Shown: positions 17,263-29,258, counted from the first letter of the stretch. The stretch: 64,000 bases of DNA from a candidate division FCPU426 bacterium (GCA_040756875.1 JBFLYH010000001.1:512001-576000); one strand, 5' to 3'. The notes: generated by a model from the letters alone, not told the origin. Translations and numbers: made by a program.

Positions 17263-18234
17263 ATGCTGCAAGCGCTTTGCATCAATCGCGCCAAAAAGTT
17301 GACGAGGGTCGAGACGGCCTCGGAAATCGCCCGCTTATTGCGCAGCCGGTCCAATCTTCTGTGGGTGGATATCACCAATCCCGAGGAAGATGACATCGAC
17401 ATTCTGGTGGAGGTCTTCCGCTTCCACCAGTTGGCCATCGAAGACGCCATTTTTCCGCAAAACCAGCCAAAACTGGAAAGTTACCATTCCTATCTTCACG
17501 TCGTGGTCCACGAACTGAGCTATCCCTCGCGGCAATCCCTAGAGGTGGGGACGCACGAATTGAACATTTTCATCGGCAGGAATTTCGTGGTCACCAGCCA
17601 TTTGAATACCCTGGTTTCGGTTTCGAAGCTCTTTCAAAAATATCAAACCAAGACCCACTCCCTGCAACCGGCCAGCGATTTTCTGCTACACGCCATCATC
17701 GACCAGGTGGTAGACGGATATTTTCCGGTCATCGATCAACTCGAACAGCGCATCGAAAAGCTGGAGGACGAAGTTCTGGCCGGCGCCAATAAGCAGGTGC
17801 TGGAAAAAATCGTCGAAATACGGAAAAACATCCTCACCATCCGCAATTTTATCCAGCCCCAGCGAAAAATCCTCAACCTCCTCGGCCGCTCCAACACGCC
17901 GTTCGTTTCCCGCTCGATTGCGACCTATTTCCGCGATGTTTACGACCACGTGGTTCGCATCAGCGACATGCTGGACACTTACCGGGACGTGCTGGCGTCG
18001 ACCATGGATGCCTATGTCTCGGTGGTGTCCCTGCGCATGAACGAAATCATCAAAACGCTGACCACCATCACCACCATCCTCATGCCCCTGACGGTGATCA
18101 CCAGCTTTTACGGTATGAACGTTAAAATACCTGAATTCGAACTGGGGCGCTTTGGATATTACATTTCCCTCGGTCTCCTGGTTCTGGCCCTTACCGGCAT
18201 GGTCATCTTCCTCAAACGCAAGAAATGGCTGTAA
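17263..18234 (+). CDS. corA: Magnesium/cobalt transporter CorA
   Basis: LWVDI, HQLAIED, YFRDVYDH, YGMN signature, two C-terminal TM helices. Confidence 0.95.
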   Translation: MLQALCINRAKKLTRVETASEIARLLRSRSNLLWVDITNPEEDDIDILVEVFRFHQLAIEDAIFPQNQPKLESYHSYLHVVVHELSYPSRQSLEVGTHELNIFIGRNFVVTSHLNTLVSVSKLFQKYQTKTHSLQPASDFLLHAIIDQVVDGYFPVIDQLEQRIEKLEDEVLAGANKQVLEKIVEIRKNILTIRNFIQPQRKILNLLGRSNTPFVSRSIATYFRDVYDHVVRISDMLDTYRDVLASTMDAYVSVVSLRMNEIIKTLTTITTILMPLTVITSFYGMNVKIPEFELGRFGYYISLGLLVLALTGMVIFLKRKKWL

Positions 18235-18514
18235 ACAGGCAAAAATACCTCTCGCCCAATTCATCCGTATAATTCAAAGCCAACGGGCCGTTTGGAAGCC
18301 TAAGCCCGGGAGATAAGAAGGATGATTGGTTATTATTGGTAGGAGGAATACGGTAATAGGCTTTTTTGGAGAACGTTAGTCAGGGAGAAGCATGCTATAA
18401 AAACATTGACGAGCGACAAGTCCTGTGCAACAATATGCGCCGTTTATTCAAAAGAAGCGTGAGCAAGCCCCTTTTTTAACCTTGCCCGACAAGGCTTTTT
18501 CGGGACGCGAATGA

Positions 18515-19573
<1,059 letters not shown>

Positions 19574-19662
19574 CCAGCCATTCGGGAAACAACGGCGGGA
19601 ATTGCAGGCCGACTGCGGTTCCCGCCGCCCGCTTTAACCAGGCCGAAATGGGGGAGTGCCAT

Positions 19663-20856
19663 ATGCAGAAACTTTCGCTCGCGGATCTCAAGGTCAAGGA
19701 CCAGCGTGTGCTGGTGCGCGTGGATTTCAACGTACCCCAGGAAGCGGACGGTACCATCACCGACGATACACGCATCCGCGCCGCGTTGCCGACCATCGAA
19801 TTTCTACGAAAGGGCGGTGCCAAGATCATCTTGTGTTCGCATCTGGGCCGTCCCAAGGGCGAGCCAAGCGACCGGAAGACTTTTTCCCTGGCGCCAGTGG
19901 CCAAACGTCTGGGCGAGTTGCTGAAAATCAACGTCAAGATGGCGCCGGATGTGGTCGGCCCCGACGTAACCACCCTGGCCAACCAACTGCAGCCGGGCGA
20001 GGTCCTGATGCTTGAAAACGTCCGGTTTGTCAAGGGGGAGACTAAAAACGATCCCGAGTTTTCCAAACAGCTCGCCGCCCTCGCCGATCTGTACGTGAAC
20101 GATGCTTTCGGCTCGGCGCACCGAGCCCATTGTTCCACCGAAGGAGTGGCGAAACTGGTCAAACAAGCGGCCGCCGGTTTCCTGATGGAAAAGGAAATCC
20201 ATTATTTGAGCCAGGCTGTTTCGAATCCCGAACGCCCGTTTGTGGCCATTTTGGGCGGGGCGAAAATCTCGGGAAAACTCGAAGTCATTCAGAATCTGCT
20301 GCCGAAAGTGGACAGCTTGTTGATCGGCGGCGGCATGGCCTACACTTTTTTAAAGGCCAAGTCCATCGGCATCGGCAAATCGATTTGCGAGGATGATCTG
20401 ATTCCCACGGCTAAGCAAATTCTCAAGCAGGCGCTGGATCTGAATAAACAACTGTTGTTGCCGATCGACCACATCGTGGCCGATGAAATCAAGGCCGACG
20501 CCAAGCAGAAGCATGTACCGCGCAACAATATCGATGAGGGCTGGCAGGGCGTGGATATCGGGCCGGATACAGTGAGGAAATTCACGGCAGCCATCAAGAT
20601 GGCCAAAACCATTGTCTGGAACGGGCCGATGGGCGTGTTTGAAATTCCGGCTTTTTCCAAAGGCACCCTGGCCATGGCTTCGGCTTTGGCCGAGTCCAAA
20701 GCCACAACCATCGTCGGAGGAGGGGATTCCGTGGCAGCGATCACCCAGATGGGTCTCGCCGACAAAATGACGCATGTCTCCACCGGCGGCGGCGCTTCGC
20801 TGGAATTTTTAGAGGGGAAGGAACTGCCGGGCGTGGCGGCTTTGACCAACCGTTGA
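19663..20856 (+). CDS. pgk: Phosphoglycerate kinase
   Basis: VRVDFNVP, SHLGRPKG, LENVRF, HVSTGGGASLEFLEG; start moved to ATG19663 behind SD GGGGAG. Confidence 0.98.
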   Translation: MQKLSLADLKVKDQRVLVRVDFNVPQEADGTITDDTRIRAALPTIEFLRKGGAKIILCSHLGRPKGEPSDRKTFSLAPVAKRLGELLKINVKMAPDVVGPDVTTLANQLQPGEVLMLENVRFVKGETKNDPEFSKQLAALADLYVNDAFGSAHRAHCSTEGVAKLVKQAAAGFLMEKEIHYLSQAVSNPERPFVAILGGAKISGKLEVIQNLLPKVDSLLIGGGMAYTFLKAKSIGIGKSICEDDLIPTAKQILKQALDLNKQLLLPIDHIVADEIKADAKQKHVPRNNIDEGWQGVDIGPDTVRKFTAAIKMAKTIVWNGPMGVFEIPAFSKGTLAMASALAESKATTIVGGGDSVAAITQMGLADKMTHVSTGGGASLEFLEGKELPGVAALTNR

Positions 20857-20910
20857 GTTGGCGAACGCCTGAACCATTTGCCTCTATTACCTGTAGAAAC
20901 GGATGAACCC

Positions 20911-21669
20911 ATGAGGATACCGATCATTGCCGGGAATTGGAAGCTGAACAAGATCCAGAACGAAGCCGAAAGCTTGGCCAAGGAAGTGGCGGCCGGCGTG
21001 CGGCCACAGGGCGGAGTGGAAGTTGTCCTGTGCCCGCCTTATACGGCATTGGCCTCGGTTCGCAACGCGATCCGAAACACGCCGGTCCGGCTGGGCGCGC
21101 AGGACATGTTTTGGGAAGCCTCAGGCGCCTTTACCGGAGAAGTCTCGGGCCCGATGCTTGCGGACGCGGGCTGCGCCTATGTGATCATCGGACACTCGGA
21201 ACGGCGGCAGTATTTCGGTGAAACCAACGAAACCGTCAACCGCAAAGTCAAAGCCGCGCTTCAAGCCGGGTTGCTGCCCATCGTATGCGTGGGGGAAACG
21301 CTCCCTGAACGCGAGGCCGGAAAAGTCGAAGCCGTGGTGAGCGAGCATGTCCGCCTTGGATTGGCCGGTTTATCCCCGGCGGAAATGGGCAAGATTGTCG
21401 TGGCCTATGAGCCGGTTTGGGCCATCGGGACCGGCAAAACGGCCACACCGGAACAGGCACAGGAAGTTCACGGCCTTATCCGCCGCCTGTTGACTGACAT
21501 GGCGGGTGCGGACACGGCCCAAACCATACGAATTCAATACGGCGGCAGCGTCAAACCGGACAATGTCAAACAACTGATGGCCAAGCCCGATATCGACGGC
21601 GCCCTGGTGGGAGGAGCCAGCTTGAAGGCAGACTCCTTCCTGGCCTTGGTCAATTACCAATCCGCCTAG
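20911..21669 (+). CDS. tpiA: Triosephosphate isomerase
   Basis: IAGNWK, GHSERR, AYEPVWAIGTG, YGGSVKP, GALVGGASL. Confidence 0.98.
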   Translation: MRIPIIAGNWKLNKIQNEAESLAKEVAAGVRPQGGVEVVLCPPYTALASVRNAIRNTPVRLGAQDMFWEASGAFTGEVSGPMLADAGCAYVIIGHSERRQYFGETNETVNRKVKAALQAGLLPIVCVGETLPEREAGKVEAVVSEHVRLGLAGLSPAEMGKIVVAYEPVWAIGTGKTATPEQAQEVHGLIRRLLTDMAGADTAQTIRIQYGGSVKPDNVKQLMAKPDIDGALVGGASLKADSFLALVNYQSA

Positions 21670-21693
21670 AGGCGGCCAGCAGGAGGACAAACC

Positions 21694-22041
21694 ATGCTTG
21701 TGAGTTTATTGTGGGCAGTGCATATCATCAACTGCCTGATTTTGGTGGTGGTGGTATTATTGCAGGCCGGCCGGGGTTCGACGGTCGGTTTATCTTTCGG
21801 CGGAGGCGCGTCGCAGACGGTTTTCGGTTCTTCGGGTGGAAAGAACTTCTTCGCCCGTCTGACCTCCGGATTGGCGATCCTGTTCATGGTGACCTCGATT
21901 CTGTTGTCCCTGACCTCGTCGCGCCAATCCCGCGGCTATCGCGGCGTAATGCAACAGCTACCGGCAGCTGAACAACCAGCTGCGCCTGCGCAACCCAGTT
22001 CCGAACCGGCCGAACCCTCTAATCTCCCTCCGGCACCCTAG
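21694..22041 (+). CDS. secG: Preprotein translocase subunit SecG
   Basis: Two TM helices with LLQ.G...FGGG.SQTVFG loop; canonical position after tpiA. Confidence 0.93.
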   Translation: MLVSLLWAVHIINCLILVVVVLLQAGRGSTVGLSFGGGASQTVFGSSGGKNFFARLTSGLAILFMVTSILLSLTSSRQSRGYRGVMQQLPAAEQPAAPAQPSSEPAEPSNLPPAP

Positions 22042-22066
22042 AAGGGGAGAACAAACGGGTTTTCAG

Positions 22067-22095
22067 TTGACAAGGGGGATGGGGAAAGCTATAAT
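22067..22095 (+). promoter_or_regulatory. Consensus sigma70 promoter for the yceD-rpmF-fab operon
   Basis: Exact TTGACA-N17-TATAAT. Confidence 0.85.
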
Positions 22096-22118
22096 CCCTC
22101 CTCCACGGCTACCAATAA

Positions 22119-22676
22119 ATGGAAAAAGGTTTGAAAATAAACGTTAATTCGTTAGCCGCTGATCCGGTTCCGGTTATAGCGGAGATGGATCCCGGGCTTT
22201 TCGAGTTGGGATCCGAGGGGATCGTACGCGATCCGGTCCGAGTCAATGTAAACGTTCACCGGTTGGGAGAGAAGGTTTATATCCGTGGCCGAATCGAAAC
22301 CACGGTGCAATTGCAGTGCTCTCGTTGTTTGCGGGAATTATACCAACCAGTGGAATCTCCGCTGGTTTTATTAGCGGTTCCAGCCAACCAAGTGACAGAA
22401 GGTCAGTCTCCGGCAACGGCCGAAGGGGCTGAAAAAGACGATGCCGTTGGAATTGTATATAACGGCGATCAACTGGATTTAACGCCGGAAATCGAAAATA
22501 TCCTGACGCTGGCGCTGCCCATGAAGCCTTTGTGCAGCGATCAATGTCCGGGTTTATGCCCCCGGTGCGGAGCGGGATTAGCCGAGGGTGCGTGTGAATG
22601 CAACCGAAGCGATGAAGGGCCTGATTCCAGAGAATCTGGCGGGCCGTTTTCAGCTTTAAAAAAGTGGCATCCGTAA
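22119..22676 (+). CDS. yceD: YceD/DUF177 family protein
   Basis: CSRCL, LALPMKPLCSDQCPGLCPRCG; upstream of rpmF. Confidence 0.9.
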   Translation: MEKGLKINVNSLAADPVPVIAEMDPGLFELGSEGIVRDPVRVNVNVHRLGEKVYIRGRIETTVQLQCSRCLRELYQPVESPLVLLAVPANQVTEGQSPATAEGAEKDDAVGIVYNGDQLDLTPEIENILTLALPMKPLCSDQCPGLCPRCGAGLAEGACECNRSDEGPDSRESGGPFSALKKWHP

Positions 22677-22718
22677 TGTCCGGCCCGGTTTTGCGGGCCA
22701 AGGAGAGGAGCAGGATCC

Positions 22719-22901
22719 ATGGCAAATCCTAAGCGCAAATTTTCAAAGGCGCGCACTCATAAACGGCGTTCCCAATGGAAGGCCGCATCCGTGCACATTT
22801 CCGTTTGTCCGCAGTGCCAGCAACCCAAACAACCCCACCGGCTGTGCCCCAATTGCGGCTATTACCGGGGCAAAGAAATCATCAGCCCGGCCCAGCAGTA
22901 A
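22719..22901 (+). CDS. rpmF: 50S ribosomal protein L32 (zinc-ribbon type)
   Basis: MANPKRKFSKART, CPQC...HRLCPNCGYY. Confidence 0.96.
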   Translation: MANPKRKFSKARTHKRRSQWKAASVHISVCPQCQQPKQPHRLCPNCGYYRGKEIISPAQQ

Positions 22902-22919
22902 TCGAGAGGCAGCCAAAAC

Positions 22920-23945
22920 GTGCGCGTCGCATTGGACTGCATGGGTGGGGATCGGGGCCCGGTTACCACGATCACCGGCGCTTTGGAAGCAGCCAGTCTC
23001 AACCCCGAATTGATTATTGTGCTGGTGGGTGACCAGGAAACCATTCATTCCATCCTGGCCAAGCATAAACGCAGCTATCGCCCCCAGCAGATCGAAGTCG
23101 TTCACGCCTCGGATGAGATCACCATGGATGATTCGCCGGCCCAAGCGGCCAGGCAGAAGAAAAAATCCTCCATGCACGTCGCCAACCAGCTCGTCAAAGA
23201 CGGACAAGCGGACGCCGTGTTTACAGCCGGGAACACCGGCGCGGCGATGGGTGTATCCCTGCTCACCCTGGGAAGGATTCCAGGCATTATCCGTCCCGCC
23301 TTGATGGTCAATATCCCTTCCCTGACGCGCCACGGCTGGAGCTCGGTTCTTGATGTAGGCGCCAATGTCGACTGTAAGCCTAAAATGCTGGCCCAGTTCG
23401 CGGTCATGGGTGATCTCTATCACCGAAACTTGCTTAATGTGCCTTCCCCCCGTGTTGGACTGCTTTCCCTGGGCGAAGAGGACTCCAAGGGCAACGAATT
23501 GATCCGCGAGACCCATGAAATCCTCAGGGGGCTTAAACACATTCATTTCATTGGCAATGTGGAAGGGCAGGATCTGGTCAACGGCCGGGCGGATGTGGTG
23601 GTTTGCGACGGCTTTGTGGGCAATGTGATTTTAAAATTCGGCGAAGGCATCATGCGCCTGTTCGGGGACATTCTCAAACGGGAAGTCCTCAATGGAAACC
23701 TTTTCACCAAGCTGACCGTGGGCCTGCTGACTCCCACGATCAGGCGGATCTACCGCCGCATGGATTACAAGGAGTACGGGAGTGCGCCTTTGCTTGGCGT
23801 CAACGGGATTTCCACCATCGGGCATGGAAAATCCAACAGCAAGGCCATCAAAAGCGCCATCCTCCACGCCGCCCGCTATGTGTCCGCGCACATCAACGAT
23901 AAGATCGAACTGGCTTTGCGTGAAAACGGAGTTGCGGAACTGTGA
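22920..23945 (+). CDS. plsX: Phosphate acyltransferase PlsX
   Basis: ALDCMGGD, AGNTGA, LDVGAN, DGFVGN, GHGKS. Confidence 0.96.
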   Translation: MRVALDCMGGDRGPVTTITGALEAASLNPELIIVLVGDQETIHSILAKHKRSYRPQQIEVVHASDEITMDDSPAQAARQKKKSSMHVANQLVKDGQADAVFTAGNTGAAMGVSLLTLGRIPGIIRPALMVNIPSLTRHGWSSVLDVGANVDCKPKMLAQFAVMGDLYHRNLLNVPSPRVGLLSLGEEDSKGNELIRETHEILRGLKHIHFIGNVEGQDLVNGRADVVVCDGFVGNVILKFGEGIMRLFGDILKREVLNGNLFTKLTVGLLTPTIRRIYRRMDYKEYGSAPLLGVNGISTIGHGKSNSKAIKSAILHAARYVSAHINDKIELALRENGVAEL

Positions 23946-24931
23946 ACCAACCGCGACGTGTGGGCATCGCGGGCATCGGTTATTACCTGCCTGAGCGCGT
24001 GTTGACCAACCGTGAATTGGAGTCCCGCCTCGACACGACCGACGAGTGGATCGTCTCCCGTACAGGCATCAAGGAGCGGTGCCTCGCCGGGCCGGAGCAA
24101 TCCGCCTCGGATCTGGGTGTGATCGCCGCCGAACGGGCCCTGGCCGATGCCGGCATCGCCGCCTCGGATCTGGACATAATCGTGACGGCCACCGCTTCTC
24201 CGGATATGGTGTTTCCAGCCACCGGCTGCCTGATCCAATCGCGGATCGGTGCCAGCCAGGCCGGAGCTTTTGATTTGAATGCGGTATGTTCGGGTTTTTT
24301 GTATGCGTACATCACCGGCGCCGCCCTGGTGCGGTCAGGACAGGCGGAACGGGTATTGGTGGTGGCTACCGAAAAATTTTCCTCGCTGCTGGACTGGCAG
24401 GATCGCAGCACCTGTGTTTTGATGGGCGATGGCGCAGGTGCCATTGTGCTGACCGCCGATGCGCCGCACGGGGAATTGCTTTCGAGCCTTATGGGCGCCG
24501 ATGGGCAGGGCATTGAGTATTTATGGATTCCCGCCGGTGGTTCGAAACAGCCCACCTCCCACGAGACCGTGGACCAGCGCTTGCATTATATGAAAATGAA
24601 CGGACCTGAGATTTACAAATTCGGAGTGCGCATCATCGGTGAGGCGGTGGCCCGGGCTCTGAAGCAGGCGGGATTGAAAGAGTCAGACCTGGATTTGCTT
24701 ATCCCGCATCAGGCGAATATCCGCATTCTGCAATCGGCCGCCAAACGTTTCGATCTGCCAATGGAAAAAGTACTCGTCAACATCGAACGTTACAGCAACA
24801 CTTCAGCCGCCTCGGTGCCCATTGCCTTGGGCGAAGCCAAGGAGCGCGGCCTCCTCAAGCCGGGGATGAATGTGGCCCTGGTGGCCTTTGGGGCCGGCTT
24901 GACGTGGGGTTCGGCCATATTACGCTGGTAA
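23942..24931 (+). CDS. fabH: Beta-ketoacyl-ACP synthase III
   Basis: WIVSRTGIKER, AVCSGF, PHQANIRI, NTSAAS, FGAGLTWG. Confidence 0.97.
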   Translation: MNQPRRVGIAGIGYYLPERVLTNRELESRLDTTDEWIVSRTGIKERCLAGPEQSASDLGVIAAERALADAGIAASDLDIIVTATASPDMVFPATGCLIQSRIGASQAGAFDLNAVCSGFLYAYITGAALVRSGQAERVLVVATEKFSSLLDWQDRSTCVLMGDGAGAIVLTADAPHGELLSSLMGADGQGIEYLWIPAGGSKQPTSHETVDQRLHYMKMNGPEIYKFGVRIIGEAVARALKQAGLKESDLDLLIPHQANIRILQSAAKRFDLPMEKVLVNIERYSNTSAASVPIALGEAKERGLLKPGMNVALVAFGAGLTWGSAILRW

Positions 24932-24952
24932 CCATCGCAAGGAGAACAACGC

Positions 24953-25909
24953 ATGTCAAAAACCGGTCTGGTTTTCCCGGGGCAGGGATCCCAATTCGCA
25001 GGCATGGGCAAGGAACTGGTTGCCGCTTTTCCTGAAGCCCAGGCTATTTACCGCCAGGCGGATGAAATTCTTGGATTCCCGCTCACCCGGTTGATGTTGG
25101 AAGGCCCGGAAGAGGAATTGAAGCAGACATCCGTGGCGCAACCGGCGATTCTAACTGCCTCCATGGCTGCCTGGGCGGCCTTGGGCCGGGTATGGAAGCC
25201 CGATTCAAGCCTGTGCCTGGCTGCCGGGCATTCTTTGGGAGAATATTCCGCGCTCGTGGCAGCCGGAGTCATGGATTTTGCAGTTGCCCTCAAGCTGGTT
25301 CGCCGCCGCGGGGAATTAATGCAGGAAGCAGCCCAGGCGGTTGAAGGCGGCATGGCTGCGGTGATCGGGCTGACTGAACCGGAAGTGACCTCCCTTTGCC
25401 TGGAAGCCGACGCCAATGGCCAAGTGCAGCCGGCCAATTTCAATTCGCCCGGCCAAGTGGTGGTTTCCGGATCCAAGGCAGGATTGGCTTCGCTCGAGTC
25501 GCTGGCCAAAGCCAGGAAAGTCCGCGTGCTGCCCCTCGCGGTTTCCGGGCCTTTTCACTCGCGTTTCATGCAGCCGGCCGCCGACCGGCTGGCCCCGGAG
25601 CTGGCTAAAGTCGAGTTGCGTCCCGCACGCTTTCCGGTCATCGCCAATGTTTCGGCTGCGCCTGTGACCCAGCCGGATGAGATCCGGGCCGTTTTATTGG
25701 AGCAGGTTACGGGTTCGGTCCGGTGGGAGGAATCTGTGCGGAAATTAACCAGCTTGGGCGCCACCCGTCTGCTGGAAATAGGTCCAGGCAAGGTGCTCAG
25801 GGGTTTAGTCAAGAAAATCGACCCGTCGCTGGCGGTTTTCGGCGCGTTTGCACTGGAAGAAATCAACCAGACCGCATTGGAAGTCTCCCGCGTGGGGGCT
25901 TCCAGCTAG
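24953..25909 (+). CDS. fabD: Malonyl CoA-ACP transacylase
   Basis: FPGQGSQ, GHSLGEY, VSGPFHS. Confidence 0.97.
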   Translation: MSKTGLVFPGQGSQFAGMGKELVAAFPEAQAIYRQADEILGFPLTRLMLEGPEEELKQTSVAQPAILTASMAAWAALGRVWKPDSSLCLAAGHSLGEYSALVAAGVMDFAVALKLVRRRGELMQEAAQAVEGGMAAVIGLTEPEVTSLCLEADANGQVQPANFNSPGQVVVSGSKAGLASLESLAKARKVRVLPLAVSGPFHSRFMQPAADRLAPELAKVELRPARFPVIANVSAAPVTQPDEIRAVLLEQVTGSVRWEESVRKLTSLGATRLLEIGPGKVLRGLVKKIDPSLAVFGAFALEEINQTALEVSRVGASS

Positions 25910-25929
25910 ACCGTGGAAAGGGGAAGCAG

Positions 25930-26676
25930 ATGACCTTGAAAGGAAAAATAGCGTGGATTACAGGGGGAGCCCAGGGAATCGGGCTGGCCATTGCCAAAGA
26001 ACTCGCCCAAAAGGGCGCTGATTTGGCCATTGCCGACGTCAATCTGGAAAAAGCCGAAGCTGCCGCCAAACAGCTTGCCGCCGAGACCGGCAGGCAGGTT
26101 TTGGCGGTAAAAATGAATGTGGCTTCCTATTCGGAGGTTGAAGAGGGCGTTAAAATAATCGTTGACAAATATGGCCGCGTCGATATATTGGTCAATAACG
26201 CCGGGGTAACCAGGGACGGTTTGATCATGCGAATGAACGAATCGGACTGGGATCTGGTCCTGGCGATCAATTTAAAAGGGACTTTTAACTGCATTAAAGC
26301 CGTCAGCCGGCCCATGCTGAAGCAGCGGTCCGGAAGGATCGTAAACATTGCTTCAGTCGTGGGATTGATGGGAAACGCCGGCCAGGCCAATTATTCCGCC
26401 AGCAAGGCCGGGGTAATCGGTTTGACGAAAACGGCGGCCAAAGAACTTGCGAGCCGCTCCATTACCGTCAATGCTGTAGCCCCGGGATTCATTAAAACCC
26501 AGATGACTGACGTATTGTCGGACGAAGCCAAGGAAGCCTTGAAGAAATTGATACCGCTGGGCACCCTGGGAGAGCCGGAAGATGTGGCGAAAACCGTGGC
26601 TTTCCTCGCGTCGGATGAAGCGGCGTATATTACCGGTCAGGTACTGGCCGTGGACGGTGGCATGGTAATGCAATAA
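25930..26676 (+). CDS. fabG: 3-oxoacyl-ACP reductase
   Basis: [31 protein letters not shown]; start ATG25930. Confidence 0.97.
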   Translation: MTLKGKIAWITGGAQGIGLAIAKELAQKGADLAIADVNLEKAEAAAKQLAAETGRQVLAVKMNVASYSEVEEGVKIIVDKYGRVDILVNNAGVTRDGLIMRMNESDWDLVLAINLKGTFNCIKAVSRPMLKQRSGRIVNIASVVGLMGNAGQANYSASKAGVIGLTKTAAKELASRSITVNAVAPGFIKTQMTDVLSDEAKEALKKLIPLGTLGEPEDVAKTVAFLASDEAAYITGQVLAVDGGMVMQ

Positions 26677-26743
26677 TCCTCCCCGCGGTCAAGCGCGGCG
26701 GCGGGCAGCACAAAAAAAGAAAAACCCAAGGAGGTTCAAGAGC

Positions 26744-26989
26744 GTGGCATTAGAAGCGAAAGTCAAAGAGATTATAGCGAATCAATTGGGTGTCAACCCC
26801 GATGAAGTGACCAATGAGGCGTCCTTCATTGATGATTTGGGCGCCGATTCCCTGGATACGGTGGAATTGGTCATGGCGCTGGAGGAAGAATTCGGCATGG
26901 AAATTCCCGATGACGAAGCGGAAAAGATCAAAACCGTCGGGGACGCCATCGAATTCATCAAGTCCCATGCAAATATAGCCCAGTCATAA
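26744..26989 (+). CDS. acpP: Acyl carrier protein
   Basis: [20 protein letters not shown]. Confidence 0.98.
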   Translation: MALEAKVKEIIANQLGVNPDEVTNEASFIDDLGADSLDTVELVMALEEEFGMEIPDDEAEKIKTVGDAIEFIKSHANIAQS

Positions 26990-27027
26990 GAACCCACTCA
27001 GCTTCATTCCGCACATGATCAACGGAG

Positions 27028-27067
27028 AAGTTCCCCCGTCCGCTTAACGGCGAGCGGGGGAATTTTT
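27028..27067 (+). terminator. Putative intrinsic terminator after acpP
   Basis: AAGTTCCCCCG...CGGGGGAATTTTT. Confidence 0.6.
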
Positions 27068-27187
27068 ACGTCAGAGGCCGGACAAGGTCCGCAAAGCTAT
27101 ATCCCCATTGTCCGCAACTGCTCGCGGCAGAAGTCGCACGGAATCTGGGGATCATTCGGATAGGGAATGGTTGACAAGGGAGGGATT

Positions 27188-28429
27188 ATGCCAAAAAGGG
27201 TCGTGGTGACCGGCCTGGGGGCCGTTACGCCCCTGGGGAATAACGTTGAAACGTATTGGAAAAACCTGCTGGCAGGCCAGTCGGGCATAGGTCCGATCAC
27301 CCACTTCGATGCCAGCCAGTTCGACTCGCGCATCGCAGGCGAGGTGAAGAATTTCGATCCTGCCGGTGTGGTGGACCGCAAGGAAGCGAGGCGCCTGGAT
27401 CTCTTCGTCCAGTACGCCTTGGTCGCCGCCCAGGAAGCCCTTCAGCAATCCGGCTTGGATTTGGAAAAAGCGGATCATGACCGCATCGGCATCGTCATCG
27501 GTTGCGGCATCGGCGGCATCGGCGTAGCCGAGGCGCAGAAGGAGATCCTGCTTTCCCGCGGGCCCAGCCGTGTATCACCCTTTCTGGTCCCCATGATGAT
27601 TCCCAACATGGCGCCCGGGATGATTGCCATCAAATACGGATTCCGGGGCCCCAATATTTCCGTGGTCACTGCCTGCGCATCGGGGAACAACGCCTTTACG
27701 GACGCTGTCCGCCTCATTCAGCGCGGGGATGCGGACGTCATGATCGTGGGCGGGACCGAATCCGCGGTTACCCCCCTGGCGGTTTCGGGTTTTTGTTCGG
27801 CCAAAGCCCTTTCCACCCGCAATGACGATCCCCAGCATGCCAGCCGGCCTTTCGACCGCGACCGCGACGGCTTTGTAATCGCCGAAGGCTGCGGGTTAGC
27901 CGTTATCGAATCCCTCGAACACGCCCAACGACGCGGCGCCACCATTCTGGCTGAAATCGGCGGCTACGGCATGTCCGACGACGCCTATCATATGACCTCC
28001 CCCTTGCCGGATGGATCCGGGGGAGCCAAATCCATGATGCTCGCCATCCAGGATGCAGGGCTCAAGCCCGAAGACATCAGTTACATCAATGCGCATGGAA
28101 CCTCGACCGCCCAGGGCGATGTCGGCGAGACCACGGCGATCAAGCGGGTTTTCGGCGAACTGGCGTATAAAATTCCCATCTCCTCGACCAAATCCATGAT
28201 CGGGCATGCTCTGGGCGCGGCCGGCGGGGTGGAGTTCGTGGCTGTGGTGAAATCCATTCTGGAACAAATTCTTCACCCTACGATCAACCTGGAAAATCCC
28301 GATCCCCAGTGCGATCTGGACTATATTCCCGGCAAACCACGCCAGGCCGAAGTAAAGAACGTGCTTTCCAATTCCTTCGGCTTCGGCGGGCACAATGTCA
28401 CGCTGCTGGTGCGCAGGTTCGAAGGCTAA
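27188..28429 (+). CDS. fabF: Beta-ketoacyl-ACP synthase II
   Basis: RVVVTGLG, TACASG, NAHGTST, KSMIGH, NSFGFGGHN. Confidence 0.97.
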   Translation: MPKRVVVTGLGAVTPLGNNVETYWKNLLAGQSGIGPITHFDASQFDSRIAGEVKNFDPAGVVDRKEARRLDLFVQYALVAAQEALQQSGLDLEKADHDRIGIVIGCGIGGIGVAEAQKEILLSRGPSRVSPFLVPMMIPNMAPGMIAIKYGFRGPNISVVTACASGNNAFTDAVRLIQRGDADVMIVGGTESAVTPLAVSGFCSAKALSTRNDDPQHASRPFDRDRDGFVIAEGCGLAVIESLEHAQRRGATILAEIGGYGMSDDAYHMTSPLPDGSGGAKSMMLAIQDAGLKPEDISYINAHGTSTAQGDVGETTAIKRVFGELAYKIPISSTKSMIGHALGAAGGVEFVAVVKSILEQILHPTINLENPDPQCDLDYIPGKPRQAEVKNVLSNSFGFGGHNVTLLVRRFEG

Positions 28430-28456
28430 GCCGGCGGCCCCAGGAGCAGGCTCGGC

Positions 28457-29188
28457 ATGGTCAAGTCTTCACAGCCCGAACAAGCCCTCAACAGGCTGCA
28501 TAAGCGACTAAAAACGCGTGCGGCGACGCTGGAACTGCTGCGCGAAGCGTGCCGCCACCGTTCTTATGTAAATGAGCATAAAAACGGCCACGGCGGCGGT
28601 AAAGCGGAAGCAGCCAACGAGCGCCTGGAATTTTTCGGCGACGCCGTGCTGGGCTTCATTATCGCCAAATGGTTGTTTCAGAAATGGCCTCAGGCGGATG
28701 AAGGCCGATTGTCGCAGGCCAAATCCCGGCTGGTTTCGGCGGAACGGCTGGCGCATATCGCACGACGGCTGGAATTGGGGCAGGCGTTGTTGTTGGGGCA
28801 AGGAGAGGAAGTATCTGGCGGGCGGGAGCGTGCATCGCTTTTGGCCAATATTTTGGAAGCGGTTATTGGCGCAGTGGCGCTGGGGGAGGGTACCGACCAC
28901 GCCGAAGCCTTGGTTCGCGAACTGTGGGCCGAAGCCTTGGAAGAGGAAATAAGCGGGGGAGCCCAAGCGGATTATAAATCCCTGCTGCAGGAATACTCCC
29001 AGAAAACGTCCGGCGCCTTGCCGGAATACACTGTGGAACAGGTGATCGGGCCGGATCACAACCGGCGCTACCTGGTGGCGGTCAGTCTAAAAGGCCGCAT
29101 TCGCGGCCGGGGAGAAGGTCCCAGCAAGAAGCAAGCGGCTCAAGCAGCCGCGGCGCAAGCGCTCACAACGTTGAAACACGAGCGATAA
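28457..29188 (+). CDS. rnc: Ribonuclease III
   Basis: HRSY, NERLEFFGDAVL, EAVIGA, dsRBD DYKSLLQE...GPSKKQA. Confidence 0.95.
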   Translation: MVKSSQPEQALNRLHKRLKTRAATLELLREACRHRSYVNEHKNGHGGGKAEAANERLEFFGDAVLGFIIAKWLFQKWPQADEGRLSQAKSRLVSAERLAHIARRLELGQALLLGQGEEVSGGRERASLLANILEAVIGAVALGEGTDHAEALVRELWAEALEEEISGGAQADYKSLLQEYSQKTSGALPEYTVEQVIGPDHNRRYLVAVSLKGRIRGRGEGPSKKQAAQAAAAQALTTLKHER

Positions 29189-29258
29189 AAACGAATTGTG
29201 ATCTCGAAAAAATCCCGCGCATGGGATTTTTTCCAGCCTGATACCAAGGGGGGAAGCA

